Source of the DNA: Tubiluchus corallicola
Lineage: Eukaryota > Animalia > Priapulida
Assembly: GCA_030141605.1 (NCBI GenBank)
Contig: JAQGDQ010000497.1
Location: 99,841-163,840, forward strand
Direction: 5' to 3'
Length of the DNA: 64,000 nucleotides
Shown: positions 60,001-64,000 of the stretch, piece after piece
How the letters are laid out: the number at the start of each line of letters is the position of its first letter
Numbering within the stretch: the stretch's first letter is position 1
The notes under the pieces: generated by a model
Databases searched by the model: none
Told to the model about the DNA's origin: nothing
The model's input: the letters and a program-made list of their open reading frames with translations, nothing else
Program-made: the position numbers and the translations under genes

Positions 60001-63000
60001 ATCTGACTCGATTACTGGAAGAGCAGACTCTTCTGGACAAAAAGGTGGGATTCTTTTGCTTGTAATGAGCTATTACACCTGAATAAAACATGACCAGTTT
60101 TGTCATATGGTTTAATATTATTTTTACGATCATTACAAGACCCAATTTATGTGTTCCAAGTTGTTGTTAATGTGTCCCACATTTGCGAGACCATGAATTA
60201 CTTTTAAATCTAAGGTGTTCCATGTAAGCCTGCGATATTGTAAGCAATTCTAAGACACTCTGCAATAATCGTTTTATGGAATTTTGAAAACCTGGCATCT
60301 ACAAAGATGCATTTTGGATGCAGTGATTGTAGAGCTTTGTAAACTGGTAAACAATGTTAAACCGAAAAGTTTCTCCAAAATTTCTACACTGTTAGTAAAC
60401 ACTTATTAGCAGAAAAAACTAAGATAGCAAAATTAGATAGTGTTCTTTATGAGTGACCCAGCATGCCACAGACACCTGTTTACCTGTTTAGTTAGAGTTA
60501 TTAAATTTATTTTACCTTCATTGTAGAATCCAAAGAAAGCAAAGGTGACTAGGCGATTTTTGGTAGTCGAAGGTCTGTACATGAATTACGCTGATATTTG
60601 CCCATTACCTGAGTTGGTAAGTTTTTTTTGGAGAACTAACAACATCCTGTTTTGTTTGTTAATTTCCTGGGAAGCTTACTGATGCACTTCCTCGTTAATT
60701 TGCTCAGTTTAGGATGAATTCACTTATAGCAGGTGAACCGAAGGAAAGCCATAATAGAAAATTGTCGTCTACACATCGACAAACCTTGCGAACTAATCAA
60801 GTATTCCAGTTAGGCGAAAAAGTTGGTACTATGCCAGATGGCTTGTTTGAAGTAATTTGATGAGAACTTATGTGTCACCAAAGATTTTACACAAATTGCA
60901 TTTTCTTAAAATTTACAATGAGCAACTAACCGTATTTGAAGGAAACTAGAACTGTTAAGCTTATATATCATAGCTTAGTGGTTGCATACATTTTTTATCT
61001 TCTTTTCCACAGTTTCGTCGTCAAGTTAGTATTGTTTCTCATGAGTTGTTGGGTTTGTTATTTTGTTGTTGCTCACAGCACCATCTAGTGGTGAGTTGCA
61101 CCAGTTACTTGATTGATTAAATTAAGTAACTTGAAACTTGTTAGTAGCTAGTTAAAATGACCTGAGTAAATTTTTCAGGTCAAGTTGAAATACAAGTACA
61201 AGGTTCGGCTATTCGTGGAGGAAAGTCTATCATTTGGAGTGCTCGGTTCTTCAGGTCGCGGGGTCACTGAACACTTCAATATTCCGGTAAGCACATTCAG
61301 TCCTCAGAGAGTAAATTACTAAAACAGAAGGAAATGCAATTATTTTCATAGTTTTGCAGCCACCTGTAAGCAGCTCATAAGTGTGACACAAACTTTCCCA
61401 AACAGCTGTATCTCTTTATCTGTTTTTTCTTTTAGGTTGAAGATGTAGATTTAATCTGTGCTTCATTAGAAAACTCTGTAGCATCGATTGGTGGTTTTTG
61501 TTGTGGGAGATCATTCATTGTTGATCATCAGGTGCGTTCATTGTTCAGTAAAACAACTTTCATGTTCTTGTTCAATATTCCTTTGATAATACTGTCACTT
61601 ATGTCATTCTCGAATACTTTTTAGCAAACTAATGTTTTAGCTCTTTCTTTGAAATTTATAAAACTGTGAATGAAATTAGAGTTTAACAGTAAAATCGGTA
61701 AAATAATTTGAGAGGTTGCTAAACTATTTTATCCTATTTGTTTCAAAAAATTTCACAGCTTCTTCATTGGCATTATATATTCATTGGTATACGTATATAT
61801 AAACAGGTATATTTGTAATTACACTCATATCTCAATTTGATGGACAAAAGTGGGCAGACGTCGGTCCGAATTTACTGATTGTCTGTATTTTCCTATACTA
61901 AGCTAATACAGTAGACGCTTTGTTTTAGTCTCACTGTAATGTAGAATCGATCATCTAATTGTCTCAAAAATATCTCGTACGAGCCGCTCCTCCGCAAAAG
62001 TATATAAAAACTGTCGACAATTGACTCAAATAACTCGGCATAATTGACTCTAAACCAATGTGCCGACATACAAGCCAAACGTGTTGTTGCACGCTTCTTG
62101 AATGTAAACAAAGTGGCGGCCCACCAACTAGCTGTCAGTTGCTAACCAACTAACGCGCGAGAAAATAGTCTGTATGCGGGAGTTTTTAACGGACCACATT
62201 TTGGCCAAATTTTCCGATATCCGCAAAAGCAACGTCCTGTAAACCGAGAAGTGAGTGTATTTCACTAGGCAGCACTAGTGCTGTTTAACTGAACCGGTTA
62301 GCTGAACCTGAAAGTTAACATTGTAGATTACTAACATAGTGCATTATATCAGATTTCTATATCTATGTAGAGATTATCTGGATTAGGTTATTGTTTCTCA
62401 GCATCGTTGCCTCCAATGTTGGCTTCTGCTGCAATTTGTGTGCTGAGTCTGATGCAGGATGATCAGACCATGTTCACCAGACTAGAGCAACGTGCTGTAC
62501 AGCTGCATGCAATACTGAACAGGTGCGTTTGATTAATTTCTGTCCACCTCAGCGATACGGCATCTTAATTTACAATTTACTGAAATAAAGAAGATCAGCA
62601 CTAAAGAATTTTTAGAACATTAGCTCTAAAAACATTTTAGTACATCATTAGTGGGGATTTTTGTAATTAAGTTGTGACAAGGATAAGTAACATTTTAGTA
62701 CATCATTAGGGGGTATTTTTCTAATTAAGTTGTGACAATGATAAGTGATTTTTAGTACATCATTAGTGAGGATTTTTCTTATTAAGTTGTGACAATGATA
62801 AGTAACTTTTTAGTACATCATTAGTGAGGATTTTTCTTACTAAGTTGTGACAATGACAAGTAACTTTTTAGTACATAATTAGTGAGGATTTTTCTAATTA
62901 AGTTGTGACAATGATAAGTGATTTTTTAGTACATCATTAGTGAGGATTTTTCTTACTAAGTTGTGACAATGATAAGTAACTTTTTAGTACATCATTAGTG

Positions 63001-63821
63001 AGGATTTTTCTTACTAAGTTGTGACAATGATAAGTAACTTTTTAGTACATCATTAGTGAGGATTTTTCTTACTAAGTTGTGACAATGATAAGTAACTTTT
63101 TAGTACATCATTAGTGAGGATTTTTCTTACTAAGTTGTGACAATGACAAGTAACTTTTTAGTACATAATTAGTGAGGATTTTTCTAATTAAGTTGTGACA
63201 ATGATAAGTAACTTTTTAGTACATCATTAGTGAGGATTTTTCTTACTAAGTTGTGACAATGACAAGTAACTTTTTAGTACATCATTAGTGAGGATTTTTC
63301 TTGCTAAGTTGTGACAATGACAAGTAACTTTTTAGTACATCATTAGTCGGGGGTTTTCTTGGTAAATAGTAAATTGTTGCAATAAAATGCTACCTTTTAG
63401 TACATGATTAGGGCTTATTTTTGCCAGACTGAGATTCCCTTCTTTAAAAACCACTTCTAACAAAATGTTTATTAGATTATGTTGTGATTATTTTTCTTGT
63501 AGTTTTTTCAGGTAACAATTGAAATGCTGTTTTTTTTAATTATTTAGTTATTCATTCTTATCTTATGTGTAATATTTGTTAAAAGTTTCTAAATTTATTT
63601 GGACACTATGGAACAACAATAGTTTGGGCTAAAAATGTTTGTCTGATTTTGCCAATTGCGCGTCAGCTTCAGAAACTTTGTCACACGACATTTTTTTTTA
63701 TAGAATTGAAGGAGTAGATGTCGTGGGTGTGCCCGTATCACCGTTCAAACATTTGTGCCTCGCCGAGAGTCATTCAACTTATGCTGAGGATGTTCATCTA
63801 TTAGAACAAGTTGTAGAAAAG
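51026..63821 (+). CDS. SPTLC1: Serine palmitoyltransferase long-chain base subunit 1; first 12 exons, continues past the window end
   Basis: Exons 51026-51073, 53323-53427, 54806-54900, 55952-56045, 57229-57301, 58031-58163, 59915-60044, 60527-60616, 61179-61286, 61436-61531, 62371-62522, 63704-63821 (414 codons). Motifs: [127 protein letters not shown] (no PLP lysine, as expected for LCB1), [10 protein letters not shown]. Confidence 0.97.
52292..52797. mobile_element. hAT Charlie/Buster-type MITE
   Basis: CAGGGGTGTGCAAATT ... AATTTGCACACCGCTG; perfect 8-bp TSD ATCTATGC with central TA; GCGGCCCG subterminal repeats. Confidence 0.92.
54234..54660 (+). mobile_element. piggyBac-type MITE, copy A (SPTLC1 intron 2)
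   Basis: TTAA|CCCTTTCATACC ... GGGACTGAAAGGG|TTAA. Confidence 0.92.
55171..55740. mobile_element. hAT-type MITE with termini similar to 7725-8108
   Basis: CAGCCCTGGATTA ... TAATCCAGCCCTG; degenerate TSD AGCTTATT/AGGATATT. Confidence 0.7.
56389..56949. mobile_element. Kolobok/T2-type MITE, copy 2 (SPTLC1 intron 4)
   Basis: TTAA|AGGAAAAACAGATGATTG ... CAATTGTCTGGTCATCCT|TTAA; reverse complement of 6924-7453. Confidence 0.8.
57542..57996 (-). mobile_element. piggyBac-type MITE, copy B (SPTLC1 intron 5), inverted relative to copy A
   Basis: TTAA|CCCTTTCAGTCCC ... GGGTATGAAAGGG|TTAA; reverse complement of 54234-54660 with an extra ~37-nt segment. Confidence 0.92.
58660..58821. mobile_element. 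pogo/Tigger-like MITE
   Basis: TA|CAGTAAACTCCACGTATCTCAAA ... TTTGAGTTATGCGGAGTTTACTG|TA. Confidence 0.85.
61822..62257. mobile_element. Tc1/mariner-type MITE
   Basis: TA|CACTCATATCTCAATTTGATGGAC ... GTCCTGTAAACCGAGAAGTGAGTG|TA. Confidence 0.7.
62632..63415. repeat. 58-bp minisatellite, 12 full plus partial copies, in SPTLC1 intron 11
   Basis: Consensus TTTTTAGTACATCATTAGTGAGGATTTTTCTTACTAAGTTGTGACAATGATAAGTAAC, head-to-tail with no spacers. Confidence 0.97.
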
Positions 63822-64000
63822 GTATAAAATTATATTATAGGCTTTTTTGCAGGCGGCTTTCTTGTCATATGGTTGATGGATTCCAGTCCTTGTTTTCGCT
63901 ACAATCTCTGATTGCTTTCTCAAAACTTAGATTTTGAAGGATGAGTGGCAGAAGAAGGCATTTTTGCTAATGTTTGTCCCAAATATTTTCATTGAAAATA

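Noticed and set aside
62632-63415. Array could be mistaken for CRISPR
   Set aside because: Units are contiguous with no unique spacers, there are no cas genes, and it lies in a eukaryotic intron.

Overview
AT-rich, intron-containing animal genomic DNA from an invertebrate (species not identifiable from sequence alone), so most ORF-track entries are exon fragments or noise. Splicing GT-AG exons by hand gives seven housekeeping genes: a PRR13-like protein (+, 5'-truncated at the window start), HSPBP1 (+), CDC16/APC6 (-), MTFP1/MTP18 (+), TRAM1-like (-), MIER1-like (+) and SPTLC1 (+, running off the window end). All five complete gene models keep frame. Introns and intergenic DNA hold two decayed LINE reverse transcriptases, several LINE 3' ends and many non-autonomous DNA transposons (pogo/Tigger-, hAT-, piggyBac- and Kolobok-type, assigned by TIRs and TSDs). 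There is also a tRNA-derived SINE-like element, a compound triplet microsatellite and a 58-bp minisatellite. I see no CRISPR array or clearly novel protein system. The best leads are an inverted piggyBac-MITE pair bracketing SPTLC1 exons 3-5, a hAT derivative with a 5-bp TSD, a near-perfect 79-nt intergenic hairpin, probable HSPBP1/CDC16 3'UTR overlap, and contrasting intron retention between neighbouring genes.
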